Part shown: one piece after another, positions 1-10,098 of the stretch
Layout of the letters: each line of letters begins with the position of its first letter
How positions within the stretch are numbered: the stretch's first letter is position 1
NCBI GenBank assembly: GCA_048887165.1
Contig: JBHLJZ010000003.1
Location: forward strand, 30,311-94,310
DNA length: 64,000 bases
Direction of reading: 5' to 3'
DNA from: Candidatus Hodarchaeota archaeon
GTDB lineage: Archaea; Asgardarchaeota; Lokiarchaeia; Sigyniarchaeales; SOKP01
The notes under the pieces: generated by a model
Database searches by the model: none
The model's input: the letters and a program-made list of their open reading frames with translations, nothing else
What the model was told of the DNA's origin: nothing
Position numbers and translations under genes: made by a program

Positions 1-1
1 T

Positions 2-982
2 AATAAAAGGGCTGCTACTTATATTCCCTTTATGGTACTTAACACGCTTCCTGAAATAATTATTTCATCGATAAATTTTTCTAAGCAAGAGATAAAGCGA
101 GCAGAAGATTGTACAATATCCTTAAATGTAACAGATTATGATTTAGAAACCTTTCCAGAAAATATTACAGTTAATATGTTACTTGTTGACTCTAAAGGAC
201 AATCTCTTCCATCAATTATTCTAACAAATAATAACGATTGGAGTTTTTCAACAACTTTTTCAATTAATATAGATAAACCCATTGGTATGTATCAAGTCAC
301 TTTTGAAGCTAACGATCAATACAATGGAGTAGGGTCATATTCAACCACGCTTACAGTAAAAAATAATTATCCTGAGATCCATGGCTTTACTATTAATGGA
401 TTATCATTAAATCGAAGTATTTCTATAAATTATGGAGAAGATATTATATTTAAGTTCAATGTTTCAGATGTAGAAGATACTATAGCATATATTACAGTTG
501 GATTGCTTAATGAAGATAATAATTGGTTTAACTTATCAAAACAATACCAATCTAACATGGAATTAATAATTCGGACTGAAGATTTATTGAGTGGAATTTG
601 GACTGTATATCTAGCTGTGACAGACATTGATGGGGACACAACATATATTACTTCAAATTACGGATTAGGACCAAAAGAGATAAGAATCATACCTGATTTA
701 TTATCACCAGTATTGCCTTGGATAACTTTATTTATTGGATTAAGTTTCGGGATATTACTAGGGATAGGCTTATTATACAATAGATATAAATCTAAATTAA
801 CTGAATTTAAAGTGCAATCTGATAAGAAAGAGAAGCCTCTCGAAAAACCTTCAAAACTTAAAAAACCAAAAAAAAAGATAAAAGAAAAAATAGAAGTTGA
901 ATCAAAAAAGGAAGTTGAAATCATCGAAGAGGAGCAAGCTGAAAAACATCCACAAAGAAAAATAAAAAGGAAATTAGGCTAA
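2..982 (+). CDS. Membrane-anchored surface protein with Ig/cadherin-like repeats (5' truncated by window)
   Basis: Frame is open back to position 2. Two ~110-aa beta-rich repeats begin LNTLPEI and KNNYPEI and carry VTDYD/VSDVED motifs. A C-terminal TM (PWITLFIGLSFGILLGIGLLY) is followed by a Lys/Glu-rich tail. Confidence 0.6.
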   Translation, partial: NKRAATYIPFMVLNTLPEIIISSINFSKQEIKRAEDCTISLNVTDYDLETFPENITVNMLLVDSKGQSLPSIILTNNNDWSFSTTFSINIDKPIGMYQVTFEANDQYNGVGSYSTTLTVKNNYPEIHGFTINGLSLNRSISINYGEDIIFKFNVSDVEDTIAYITVGLLNEDNNWFNLSKQYQSNMELIIRTEDLLSGIWTVYLAVTDIDGDTTYITSNYGLGPKEIRIIPDLLSPVLPWITLFIGLSFGILLGIGLLYNRYKSKLTEFKVQSDKKEKPLEKPSKLKKPKKKIKEKIEVESKKEVEIIEEEQAEKHPQRKIKRKLG

Positions 983-1180
983 ACAATTCTTAATTTAAAA
1001 ATATTTATTCAAATTTTTCTTGTATGGATAAAAGAATCTGATAATTCCTAATATATAGGAGCAGATCGTCATTTCTAAAATAGAATATTAAATTAATAAT
1101 AATCTATGATAAATTTAAATATACAAAAAAAAGATAATATCTATAAGAAATGATTTAAATAAAAATCAAATCAAAATCTA

Positions 1181-1185
1181 GGTGA
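1181..1185 (+). promoter_or_regulatory. Putative Shine-Dalgarno GGTGA
   Basis: GGTGA lies 6 nt upstream of the in-frame ATT at 1192. Confidence 0.35.
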
Positions 1186-1191
1186 AATCGT

Positions 1192-2088
1192 ATTAAAAAA
1201 TCAAAATATATAACTATAACTTTATTTAGCTTTCTTCTCTTCTTCTCAATTATGAATTTTACGATGGCTGCTCCACCTAATTATGTAGGTGTAAGAACAG
1301 GTGATGAATATGTGTGGACTCCTTCATTAAATGCAGAGAATATTAATGCTACTGGAGTAGCTTTATTCGGACAAGCTAATTGGACTTTATTATATTCTAT
1401 GTTAAGTGAATATTGGTTTAATGAAACAGGAGAATCGTTCAGTTCTCTTGCGGGAGCTGCTTTAAAAGTAAAATTCACAAATGTTTCAGATGAAATCGAT
1501 TTAGGTTATCCTACTCCGGGTACAAAAGCTTCTGGTATCTATTACGACATGTTTGTAAGATATAACGCAAGTGGAAGCTTTGAAATGGTAACAAACTCTT
1601 CTTACAATCTGGAAAATAACCTTCCAATGGGATATTTATTGGATCCTTCTATAATTAACTCATCGTTATGGACATTTTTCTTTAATTATCCATTTGTCAC
1701 TTCAAAAGGACTGGATTATGGTAATATTGCAACGTGGTGGCAAGCAATGATTACTGCTGATCCCATGTTAAACACTAATATGACTGTGGCAGAAGATGGA
1801 AAGGGATTTAAATTAACAGCGAAAGGAGAATTCCTTGAGTACTTATTAATTATGATTATGGGACCCCCTCCTTTTCCATTAGGAACACTAGAAGATATGG
1901 AAGCAACGGTGCATTGGAATGATAAGGGAGTTTTAAATGATGGACAGTTATTCTATGGTGGATTAGAAATTGCTTCTTTTCAATTGGGTGGAGGTATTAT
2001 ACCCGGATATGAATTATCAATTGTTATTGGAATTACTGGTGCATCAGTTATAGGATTAATATATGTGATGAAAAAAAAGAAGTTCTAA
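1192..2088 (+). CDS. Secreted surface protein with Loki-CTERM-like sorting signal
   Basis: C-terminus is IPGY + TM + KKKKF. The frame extends upstream of ATG 1252 into a signal-peptide-like segment, so the start at ATT 1192 is inferred. Confidence 0.7.
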   Translation: MKKSKYITITLFSFLLFFSIMNFTMAAPPNYVGVRTGDEYVWTPSLNAENINATGVALFGQANWTLLYSMLSEYWFNETGESFSSLAGAALKVKFTNVSDEIDLGYPTPGTKASGIYYDMFVRYNASGSFEMVTNSSYNLENNLPMGYLLDPSIINSSLWTFFFNYPFVTSKGLDYGNIATWWQAMITADPMLNTNMTVAEDGKGFKLTAKGEFLEYLLIMIMGPPPFPLGTLEDMEATVHWNDKGVLNDGQLFYGGLEIASFQLGGGIIPGYELSIVIGITGASVIGLIYVMKKKKF

Positions 2089-2127
2089 TAAATTTAAATA
2101 TAAATATCAAATAAATGCAAATAGAAG

Positions 2128-2415
2128 TTGAGTTTTATTATGAAATTTCTAGATGCAATCTTTTTTTTAATTATTATATCTGTACTTCTATGGTCAATCA
2201 AAGTAGATTTATTCTTTACGATATTTAGTACTGTTATTTTATTATATATCATAATTCAGTTATTTTTTATGAATCCAATTGATGTTTTATCATCTCTAAT
2301 GAATTTCCTATTTCTTAATCCTTCAGGTTTTTTCTTTTTATTAATTCCATTTATCACTGCTTTATTTCATTATTTTATAAAAAAATATCAAAAGAAAAAA
2401 ATAGATCAGATCTGA
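2128..2415 (+). CDS. Small hypothetical membrane protein
   Basis: 95 aa, about 3 hydrophobic segments, basic C-terminus; fills the intergenic gap. Confidence 0.5.
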   Translation: MSFIMKFLDAIFFLIIISVLLWSIKVDLFFTIFSTVILLYIIIQLFFMNPIDVLSSLMNFLFLNPSGFFFLLIPFITALFHYFIKKYQKKKIDQI

Positions 2416-2425
2416 CATTTTGAGT

Positions 2426-4081
2426 TCATTCTACACGGCTTAGGAATTTAATTCCAATAAATACTAATATGAAGGAGATTCCTAATGACATTGCATAATA
2501 AAGAAAAATAGTAAGTATTAATCCTTCAGAATAATTTATTGAATAATGAACATTAGGTACAAAAATCAATAATGCTAGAAGAAATGATAAAATTTGTAAA
2601 AAAACTATTAGATAGATATTAAAATATATAAATTTTCCTCGCTCCTTGTATAAAGGTTTAATTGATTGGATAGCAATAGCTTGGGAAAGAATGATGAGAC
2701 TTGTTAAGAGATAGGTAATAAAAAATGTTAATGCGGTTAAGAAATCGAGTATAAACAATATTGAAAAAATGCTAGTAAGAATAATATCTGAGATTATAAT
2801 AATTATTACCATATTATAAAGAAAAGAAATGATTATTGTTTTTACACTCCTTATTGATTTTTTGTAAATAAATAGAATTTCTTTAGTATTGATAAAAACA
2901 TAAATTCCCATAAATACACCATAAGTAAAACCTCCTATCCATGATAAGATCATCATAATTAAAAAATTGAAATTTACTACTTCGATCTTAAAATATCCAA
3001 ATTGAAATGAAATTTCATTGATAGATAAAAGAGGTTCAGGTAAAGATAGGTATAAAAATATGGCAAAAACAATATTTAAACCAATCAAGTATATTAATCT
3101 ATTAACATTTTCCCTTTTTCTAATAAATTCCTTAAATTGTGTGACAACTAAAGTTTTATATTTAGAAGGTGTGATTTTTTTGATTACTTTAATCATAATT
3201 TTTTCGATTTTAGGAAATCTTGACTTATCTTGTATCGGGTATTCTAAATCATAAAACATCTCTGCTTTTTTATATGTTATAATCGAAATTATGATCGGGA
3301 CAAGAATAATTAATAGCAAATATACCCAGAAATTTAAGAAATACCCACTAGTTAATGAAGGATCGATAAAGTAAAGTAGCATGTTTGAATACCAAAAGGA
3401 GGGAATAAAGTTTACCAAAAACTTCAATTCTTTAAAATAATCAAAAATAGTAAAAATTGTATGAAAAGAATAAACCATTAAAATTACAATAAATGGTAAT
3501 AAAAGGAATAAAGAATTCCCCAACCTCTTGGTTTTTTTACTTTGTAAAATTCTATGCTCAAGCCAGTTAGTCAGTATCGTTCCTATTAATAATCCAAAAC
3601 TTATTAATGCGAAAATTATCAAATAAAACATTATATAATGAAAATAATTTAACTCTGGATTAAGTTGAATCATTAAAGATGTTCCTAAAGGACCAATTGC
3701 TAAAATAAATAAAAGATAAAAAGGTAGTTGCCCAATAAATTCACCAAAAAGAATATCTCCTGCTTTCGCAGGAGCCGATAAGACAATATCTTTTATTCCT
3801 ATTTCCAATTTTCTATACATCATAAAAAGAGGATACATGATAAAAATCACAAAAAAAATCATGAAACTATATTCTATTAGTGGATGAAGAACTGTTTTTA
3901 GTGAACTTGAAAATGATTTTAATAGATCAGGTAAAATAATATCAAACAAAGCAGGTCCAACATATATCGCCCAAAATAAAAATAGAGCAAAAATTATAAT
4001 AAAAAACAGTTTTCTATTTTTTCTAAATTTATAAGTTTTTAATCTAATTTCATTTTTGGCAATTTTAATCCATAAAGTCAT
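2426..4081 (-). CDS. ABC-2 type exporter permease
   Basis: About 12 TM segments in two halves; directly downstream of the ABC ATPase. Confidence 0.7.
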   Translation of the reverse strand: MTLWIKIAKNEIRLKTYKFRKNRKLFFIIIFALFLFWAIYVGPALFDIILPDLLKSFSSSLKTVLHPLIEYSFMIFFVIFIMYPLFMMYRKLEIGIKDIVLSAPAKAGDILFGEFIGQLPFYLLFILAIGPLGTSLMIQLNPELNYFHYIMFYLIIFALISFGLLIGTILTNWLEHRILQSKKTKRLGNSLFLLLPFIVILMVYSFHTIFTIFDYFKELKFLVNFIPSFWYSNMLLYFIDPSLTSGYFLNFWVYLLLIILVPIIISIITYKKAEMFYDLEYPIQDKSRFPKIEKIMIKVIKKITPSKYKTLVVTQFKEFIRKRENVNRLIYLIGLNIVFAIFLYLSLPEPLLSINEISFQFGYFKIEVVNFNFLIMMILSWIGGFTYGVFMGIYVFINTKEILFIYKKSIRSVKTIIISFLYNMVIIIIISDIILTSIFSILFILDFLTALTFFITYLLTSLIILSQAIAIQSIKPLYKERGKFIYFNIYLIVFLQILSFLLALLIFVPNVHYSINYSEGLILTIFLYYAMSLGISFILVFIGIKFLSRVE

Positions 4082-4108
4082 CTAAAAGTTAAAAATCTCC
4101 TTTCAAAT

Positions 4109-4903
4109 TTAATTAGAATTATCACTTTTAATCCTTGAATTACTCCAGTTCAATAGGTCCTCATGATAAGTAGTTTGCATAACTTTTATATAAGCTTCTT
4201 CTAAACTATTCGCTCCTGTAGATTGTATTACCTCCTTAGGGGGCCCTTGAATTTTTAATACACCTCTATCTATCATTGCTATAAGATCACAAAGATCTTC
4301 AGCTATATCTAGAAAATGTGTGCAAATAAAAAATGTTTTATCCGCTTTTTTAACTAAATTACTGATAAGTTTTTTAACCATACTTGCAGAAGCAGGATCT
4401 AAATTTGCTGTGGGTTCATCTAAAAACAAAATTTTTGGATCATGAATTATGGACGCACATAAACTCACTTTCTGTCTCATTCCTTTAGAATATCCTTCTA
4501 AAAGGTCACTTTCTCTATTATTTAATCCAAAAAGTTTTAATAAATCATCAATTCTTGATTCTATTGTACTTTCTGGTAAATAATATAAGGATCCCACAAA
4601 TTCCAAGAATTCTCGTGCTGTTAATTTTTCATATAAGCCAATTGTTTCTGGTAAGAAACCACAATTTATTTTAACTTTATTTTTTTCTTTAAAAATATCA
4701 TATCCCGCTACTAATGCTTTTCCTGAAGTAGGTTTGATGATTGAATTCAACATTCTTACAGTTGTTGTTTTTCCAGCACCATTTGGTCCTAAAAGTCCAA
4801 AAGTTATTCCATAAGGTATCTTAATATTCAAATGATCAACAGCTAGAATTTTTCCAAATTTCTTTGTTAGATTTTCAGAAATAATCGCATATTCGGTATC
4901 CAT
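4109..4903 (-). CDS. ABC transporter ATP-binding protein (CcmA/multidrug type)
   Basis: Walker A GPNGAGKTT, signature YSKGM, Walker B LFLDEP, H-loop CTH. Confidence 0.95.
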   Translation of the reverse strand: MDTEYAIISENLTKKFGKILAVDHLNIKIPYGITFGLLGPNGAGKTTTVRMLNSIIKPTSGKALVAGYDIFKEKNKVKINCGFLPETIGLYEKLTAREFLEFVGSLYYLPESTIESRIDDLLKLFGLNNRESDLLEGYSKGMRQKVSLCASIIHDPKILFLDEPTANLDPASASMVKKLISNLVKKADKTFFICTHFLDIAEDLCDLIAMIDRGVLKIQGPPKEVIQSTGANSLEEAYIKVMQTTYHEDLLNWSNSRIKSDNSN

Positions 4904-5156
4904 GATAATGCTTTATATAATCGAATTTTTATAATACTTTAATATACTTCACTTCATATTTATGTTTTGATTAACTAAATTTAGAAGAACCTTTTTCTGG
5001 TAAAATTATGTTAAAATCTGAATACTTGATCTTCAGCATCATTAAATAATAAAAAAAATATCTTGCAATAATATTCTTTTTAGGTCAGTAAGAAAAGAAT
5101 AAAATAAAAGAAAAATAAATTTTTGTCATGTTATTAATGGTACTTATTTTAAAAGG

Positions 5157-6068
5157 CTAAGAAAGAACTTCATGTAAACGATATTGAAACTTTCCTAACT
5201 TACCGCCATAATTTCCCGCAGATATGCGATTTACTCCAGGTACTTTTACCGCCGCTTGAATACCTAGCTTCATAGCTTCTTTTATAGCATTTTCATTTGC
5301 AGCATCGTATATAAGTTCATAAACACAATTATCCTTTTCTCCAAGTTGAGAGTTTTCACTTTTCCCTCTTAAAGTTGGGCATAAAGGATCATTTGTAGAA
5401 GCGTTTAAAAAACTATAATTTGAACCTACTTTTGAACCAGAACGAGCTATACCCCCTGGAAATGGAGATATAACATTCTCAACGTCTTTAATTGCCTCTA
5501 CTGCAGCTTCAGCGGCTTTGAGACCCGAATCTTGACTTTCAGCCAAGATTAAAAAATTACCTCCCGCAATACCTTTTCCAACCTTGAAATTACTCTGTAC
5601 TATAAATTCACCATCCATAACTGGAATTTTCCATACTTCAAATGGATAAAGCATTTCAACTTTTTCTTCAAATTTATCACCAAAGAATTTCAATTTATAA
5701 CCAGTTTTTATCTCAAAATCCTTCTCAGGATCAACAGAAGTATTCATTGCATCGAAACAGGCTGTAGTTGGACATGTTAAAATGCATTGACCAATTCTAT
5801 TTAATAAAACATTATCCATTTCATCTTTTTTTGTTTTAAAGAACATTAAGGCGACGCCCGGGCGTTTATCTGGTGTTTTATCCATAGGTATAAAAACGTC
5901 GATTCCAGCTTCAGAATCACAGTGTATAGTAGATGTTCCATAACCAGTAGCAATTTGTGCTGCCATTTTTACCCATTTTTCATTTTTTGCTGTGACTAAT
6001 ATTCGTGTAAATACAGCCCCAAACGCTTCGCAAAAAGTATCTTCAATTTTTACTCCATTTAATTCCAT
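5157..6068 (-). CDS. ftr: Formylmethanofuran:H4MPT formyltransferase
   Basis: MELNGVKIEDTFCEAF, RIGQCILTCPTT, GIAGGN, RSGSKVGS, SAGNYGGKLG. Confidence 0.97.
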   Translation of the reverse strand: MELNGVKIEDTFCEAFGAVFTRILVTAKNEKWVKMAAQIATGYGTSTIHCDSEAGIDVFIPMDKTPDKRPGVALMFFKTKKDEMDNVLLNRIGQCILTCPTTACFDAMNTSVDPEKDFEIKTGYKLKFFGDKFEEKVEMLYPFEVWKIPVMDGEFIVQSNFKVGKGIAGGNFLILAESQDSGLKAAEAAVEAIKDVENVISPFPGGIARSGSKVGSNYSFLNASTNDPLCPTLRGKSENSQLGEKDNCVYELIYDAANENAIKEAMKLGIQAAVKVPGVNRISAGNYGGKLGKFQYRLHEVLS

Positions 6069-6223
6069 TTCAATTCAACTTTATTAATTATTGATATTTC
6101 TTTTTAAAACCAATTCTATTTTTTAAGTTTTAATAGACTGTAATAATATATAAAATTTTTAAGAGAAGAAAACTAAAAATTTTAATTAATTATCAATTTA
6201 AAAAATTCAATAACAAAATAAGG

Positions 6224-7078
6224 TTGATGAAAATGAGCGAAGAAAAAATACTAAAAATCGGTATTTTAAAGAATGGAACAATTGGCGCCTCATTATTGCT
6301 TGCATTTTTGATGGATGAGAGAGCTGAAGCAACAAGATTGAGTGTACGTGAAATTACCTCCGGTGCTAAAATGCACCCTCCAGAAGAGTGTGTTGATACA
6401 ATGAAAAAATTGCTAGAATTTAACCCAGAATTGATTTTGATGTCGAGCCCTAATGCTGCTTTGAAAGGACCTTTAGCTGCAAGAGAAATGGCTAAAGAAG
6501 CAAATATACCCACGATTATTATTTCTGATGCTCCAGCGAAAAAAGCAGTTGATGAAATCAAAGAAAAAAATATGGGATACATTCTAGTAAATTGTGATAG
6601 TATGATTGGTGCAAGAAGACCTTTTTTGGATCCTATTGAAATGAGCTGTTTCAATTCAGATTTATTAAAAGTTTTAGCCATCTCAGGAGCGCTTCTAGTA
6701 ATTACTGAAGAATTAAATAAGGTAATAATGGATATGCTGGATAATAAAGCACCAGTATTACCCCAAATCATTATTGATGCTGCTACCGCAGTTAAAGCTG
6801 CAAAATTTGCAAACCCTTATGCAGAAGCTAAAGCAATAGCTGCCTTTGAATTAGCAGCATCTGTATCAAAGATAACATCTAAAGCATGTTTTGTTCTTAA
6901 GGAAAGAGACGAATATATGCCTCTTTTAGCAGCAGCTCATGAGATGATGAGAACTGCTGCTTTAATGTGTGATGAAGCAAGAGAAATAGAGAAGAAAAAT
7001 GATTCAGTTCTAAGAACTCCTCACCATGCGAAACAATATATCCTCACTAAACGAGGCCTTCATGAAAAAGAACAATAA
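6224..7078 (+). CDS. mtd: F420-dependent methylene-H4MPT dehydrogenase
   Basis: MDERA, SGAKM, SPN, DSMIGARRPFLDPIEM, NPYAEAKA, AAAHEMMR, VLRTPH. Confidence 0.95.
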   Translation: MMKMSEEKILKIGILKNGTIGASLLLAFLMDERAEATRLSVREITSGAKMHPPEECVDTMKKLLEFNPELILMSSPNAALKGPLAAREMAKEANIPTIIISDAPAKKAVDEIKEKNMGYILVNCDSMIGARRPFLDPIEMSCFNSDLLKVLAISGALLVITEELNKVIMDMLDNKAPVLPQIIIDAATAVKAAKFANPYAEAKAIAAFELAASVSKITSKACFVLKERDEYMPLLAAAHEMMRTAALMCDEAREIEKKNDSVLRTPHHAKQYILTKRGLHEKEQ

Positions 7079-7123
7079 AAAAAGTTAATCTTTATATAAA
7101 TTTTCAAATTTTTTTTTAAAATA

Positions 7124-8077
7124 TTAGAAATTAGAATCGTTAAGATATTGCTTTAAATTTGCAAAATCTTTTCCAGTTAGAACATTTAAAACGGAATTAA
7201 ATACTTCGTTTTTCTTATTTTTTGTCACAGCCATTAAAACTGATCCATTGCTTACTTCCTTGACTAAAATATAATTACTATCACTCTCATAAATTATTGT
7301 TGATAACTCTAAAGGAGAGACGCTTGAATTTAACAGTTCCATTATTTTCGTAAATATTTGGTATACATTTGAATCAAGTGTACCAATCTCAAATTTCATA
7401 AATTGTAAAGGTTTAATTTCAACCTTTCCTAAAGTAGAAGCTATCAATAATCCATCTGGTTGGTTGAATAGTAAATATTCGGATAATGTATTCACTTTTA
7501 ACTGATCTAATAAATGTCTTATTTTACCAAGCTTCTGAAGAGCTAATGTATTCTGTTGAATTTCATAATCTAGAATCTCGATTAATCTGTGTTGAGCACT
7601 TCCTTCTTTAACGGAAACTGGTGTAAATGCGATTTTTTCTTTTAAATCATCGGATAGCCCTTTAATTAAAATTTCATAGAGTTTGTCTTCTTTTGAGTCC
7701 TGCAAATCAATTTTGTTCAATAAAACGTATACCTTTTCCATTTTAGGGCTAAATTCAAAAATATATTTTAAAAATTTGTCAAAAATTTCTTTTACTCGCT
7801 CTTCAAGAACAGTAGAATCCGTCATAAATACTGCAGTAGTTACTTCTGAAAATATCAATTCCCGGCGTTCTTCAGAAAAATACTGCTCCATGTAGCGTTC
7901 TTGGCCTCCTGCATCCCAGACGTTAAGTTCCATTATTCCTCTGAAGATGAAATTTTCTCTAGAGATACCCTTGGTTGGTTTAAGATTTAAGACCTTCATG
8001 AAATTGTATCCCAAGCAAGTAGTTCTCATAAGACTTGTTTTACCTGCATTTTGTGGACCAAATAATAGAATTTTCAT
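7124..8077 (-). CDS. Rag/Gtr-like small GTPase with C-terminal Roadblock-like domain
   Basis: G1 GPQNAGKTS, G2 PT, G3 WDAGGQERY, G4 NKID. The C-terminal ~130 aa contain YLLFNQPDGLLIAST, a Roadblock-like pattern. Confidence 0.85.
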   Translation of the reverse strand: MKILLFGPQNAGKTSLMRTTCLGYNFMKVLNLKPTKGISRENFIFRGIMELNVWDAGGQERYMEQYFSEERRELIFSEVTTAVFMTDSTVLEERVKEIFDKFLKYIFEFSPKMEKVYVLLNKIDLQDSKEDKLYEILIKGLSDDLKEKIAFTPVSVKEGSAQHRLIEILDYEIQQNTLALQKLGKIRHLLDQLKVNTLSEYLLFNQPDGLLIASTLGKVEIKPLQFMKFEIGTLDSNVYQIFTKIMELLNSSVSPLELSTIIYESDSNYILVKEVSNGSVLMAVTKNKKNEVFNSVLNVLTGKDFANLKQYLNDSNF

Positions 8078-8280
8078 CGGAAATATGCTCTTGTAATAAA
8101 ATTTAATTTATTTTATCGTCTAATATATTCTTTATAAATTAATATTTATTTAATTTTTTCTAATTATTATAAGCTTGTTTGAGCTTTCTAAAAGATTATA
8201 GTTTTGACGATTCAATTAAATATAATTTTTAATTAACTAAATTAAAAAGAATTTTAAAAAAAATATTAGTATGATTTAAA

Positions 8281-8808
8281 ATGGATTTAGAGCAATATAT
8301 CAGAAATGTACCAGATTGGCCTAAACCTGGCATTCAATTCAAAGATATTACGACTTTAGCAAAACAATATGCTCCGTTTAAGGAGTCTTGTGATAAAATA
8401 ATAGAATATTTTAAGGGTAAGGGAATAACTAAAGTAGCAGCTATTGAAGCACGTGGTTATGTTTGGGGCGGGGTTATTGCTTATCAGTTAGAAGCTGGAT
8501 TTGTTTTGATAAGAAAACCTGGTAAGTTGCCATATAAAACGCTAAGCGAAACTTATGAACTCGAATATGGCACCGATACTATTGAGATGCATATTGATGC
8601 AGTTGAAGAAGGTGATAAAGTTTTATTATTCGATGATTTACTAGCAACAGGAGGGACTGCTAAAGCAGCAGCAAATTTAATCGAAAAAGCAGGAGGAATA
8701 ATAGCAGGAATTGCATTTGTTATTGAACTTACTGGTAGTTTGCATGGAAAAGACAAATTACAGACTTATGATGTAATTTCTTTAATAAAAATTCCGGTTG
8801 AAGAATAA
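8281..8808 (+). CDS. apt: Adenine phosphoribosyltransferase
   Basis: PDWPKPGIQFKDIT, IEARG, IRKPGKLP, LEYG, FDDLLATGGT. Confidence 0.96.
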   Translation: MDLEQYIRNVPDWPKPGIQFKDITTLAKQYAPFKESCDKIIEYFKGKGITKVAAIEARGYVWGGVIAYQLEAGFVLIRKPGKLPYKTLSETYELEYGTDTIEMHIDAVEEGDKVLLFDDLLATGGTAKAAANLIEKAGGIIAGIAFVIELTGSLHGKDKLQTYDVISLIKIPVEE

Positions 8809-8956
8809 ACCGGTATAACTTTTTCTAAAGTTTCTTGTTTTACCCTATTTACCCATTTTTTTCCCAACCTATATTCCTTGATAACTTTTAGTCTGAAAAT
8901 TTAAATAATTCTCTGTACTTTATACTCACAATATTATTATTTACACATTATTTGGT

Positions 8957-10063
8957 GTGGATCTAACGAAACAAGAAAATCAAGAGATTAAAAAGACCCC
9001 TCTTTATAATAAACACTTACAATTAGGTGCTAGAATGGTTGAATTTGCGGGATTCTATATGCCTGTTCAATTTGAGAGTATTATAAAGGAACATGAAGCA
9101 GTTCGTAGTTATGCAGGTGTTTTTGATATTTCCCATATGGGGGAATTTATACTAGAAGGTAAAGATGTAATTCCATTTCTTCAATATATCATGATAAATG
9201 ATTTGAATCTATTAGAACCTTTTAAAGGGCAATATTCAATTATGTGCTATGAAAATGGAACTGTTGTTGATGATCTCGTTTATTATGAAGAAACACCTGA
9301 AAGATTTAGAATGATAGTGAATGCAGGTAATATCAAAAAAGATCTTGAATGGCTAAATAGTCATATAGGGAATTATGATGTAGAAATAACAAATCTTTCT
9401 GACAAGCGAACTAGATTAGCGTTTCAAGGATTAAAAGCAGATGAATTGCTCCAACCATTGGTAAACGTCAATTTATCAAAGATAAATAGATTTTATTTTT
9501 CTTTTTGTGATTTAAATAATAAACCCATATTTCTTGCAAGGACTGGATATACGGGAGAGAAAGGTGTTGAAATATCCTTTGAGAATAGTTTTGCAGAGGA
9601 AGTCTGGAATGACTTACTTAAAACTGGAGCCTCTCCAGCTGGTCTGGGAGCAAGAGACTCACTCAGATTAGAAGCTTGTTATTCTTTGTATGGTCATGAA
9701 ATTAATGATTCAATTACAGCTATAGAGGCAGGACTTAATTGGTTAGCGAAACCAAAAGAGGGAATAAATTATATTGGTAAAGAAGCTTTAATGAAGCAAA
9801 AATCTAAAGGGACAGATCGTATTATTGTTGGGCTAAATTTATTAGATAAGGGGATTATTAGAGAGAATTATAAAATATTTATGGATAATAATGAGATTGG
9901 TTATGTCACATCAGGAGGATATTCACCAACACTTAAAAAAACTATTGGACTTGGATTAATTAAAAAGGAGTATAGTGAAGTGGGAAATCAAATAGAAATA
10001 GAAGTGCGTAATAAATTACTTAAGGGAATTATCGTATCTACACCATTCTATCGAAATATATAA
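8957..10063 (+). CDS. gcvT: Glycine cleavage system aminomethyltransferase T
   Basis: KTPLY, FAGFYMP, FDISHMG, RTGYTGE, GLGARDSLRLEA, LYGHE. Confidence 0.96.
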   Translation: MDLTKQENQEIKKTPLYNKHLQLGARMVEFAGFYMPVQFESIIKEHEAVRSYAGVFDISHMGEFILEGKDVIPFLQYIMINDLNLLEPFKGQYSIMCYENGTVVDDLVYYEETPERFRMIVNAGNIKKDLEWLNSHIGNYDVEITNLSDKRTRLAFQGLKADELLQPLVNVNLSKINRFYFSFCDLNNKPIFLARTGYTGEKGVEISFENSFAEEVWNDLLKTGASPAGLGARDSLRLEACYSLYGHEINDSITAIEAGLNWLAKPKEGINYIGKEALMKQKSKGTDRIIVGLNLLDKGIIRENYKIFMDNNEIGYVTSGGYSPTLKKTIGLGLIKKEYSEVGNQIEIEVRNKLLKGIIVSTPFYRNI

Positions 10064-10098
10064 TTTAATTTATAATTTAAAGAAAATAGGGAAAAGAG

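Noticed and set aside
6193-6771. 192-aa antisense ORF over mtd, and about 30 other short ORFs antisense to or nested in confident genes
   Set aside because: Shadow ORFs of well-supported genes, with no motifs.
8809-8900. Purine-rich open stretch on the minus strand between apt and gcvT
   Set aside because: The long frame begins right after a stop with no convincing start and runs antisense into apt. On the plus strand it is a pyrimidine-rich terminator-like tract, and no glycine riboswitch motif was recognised.
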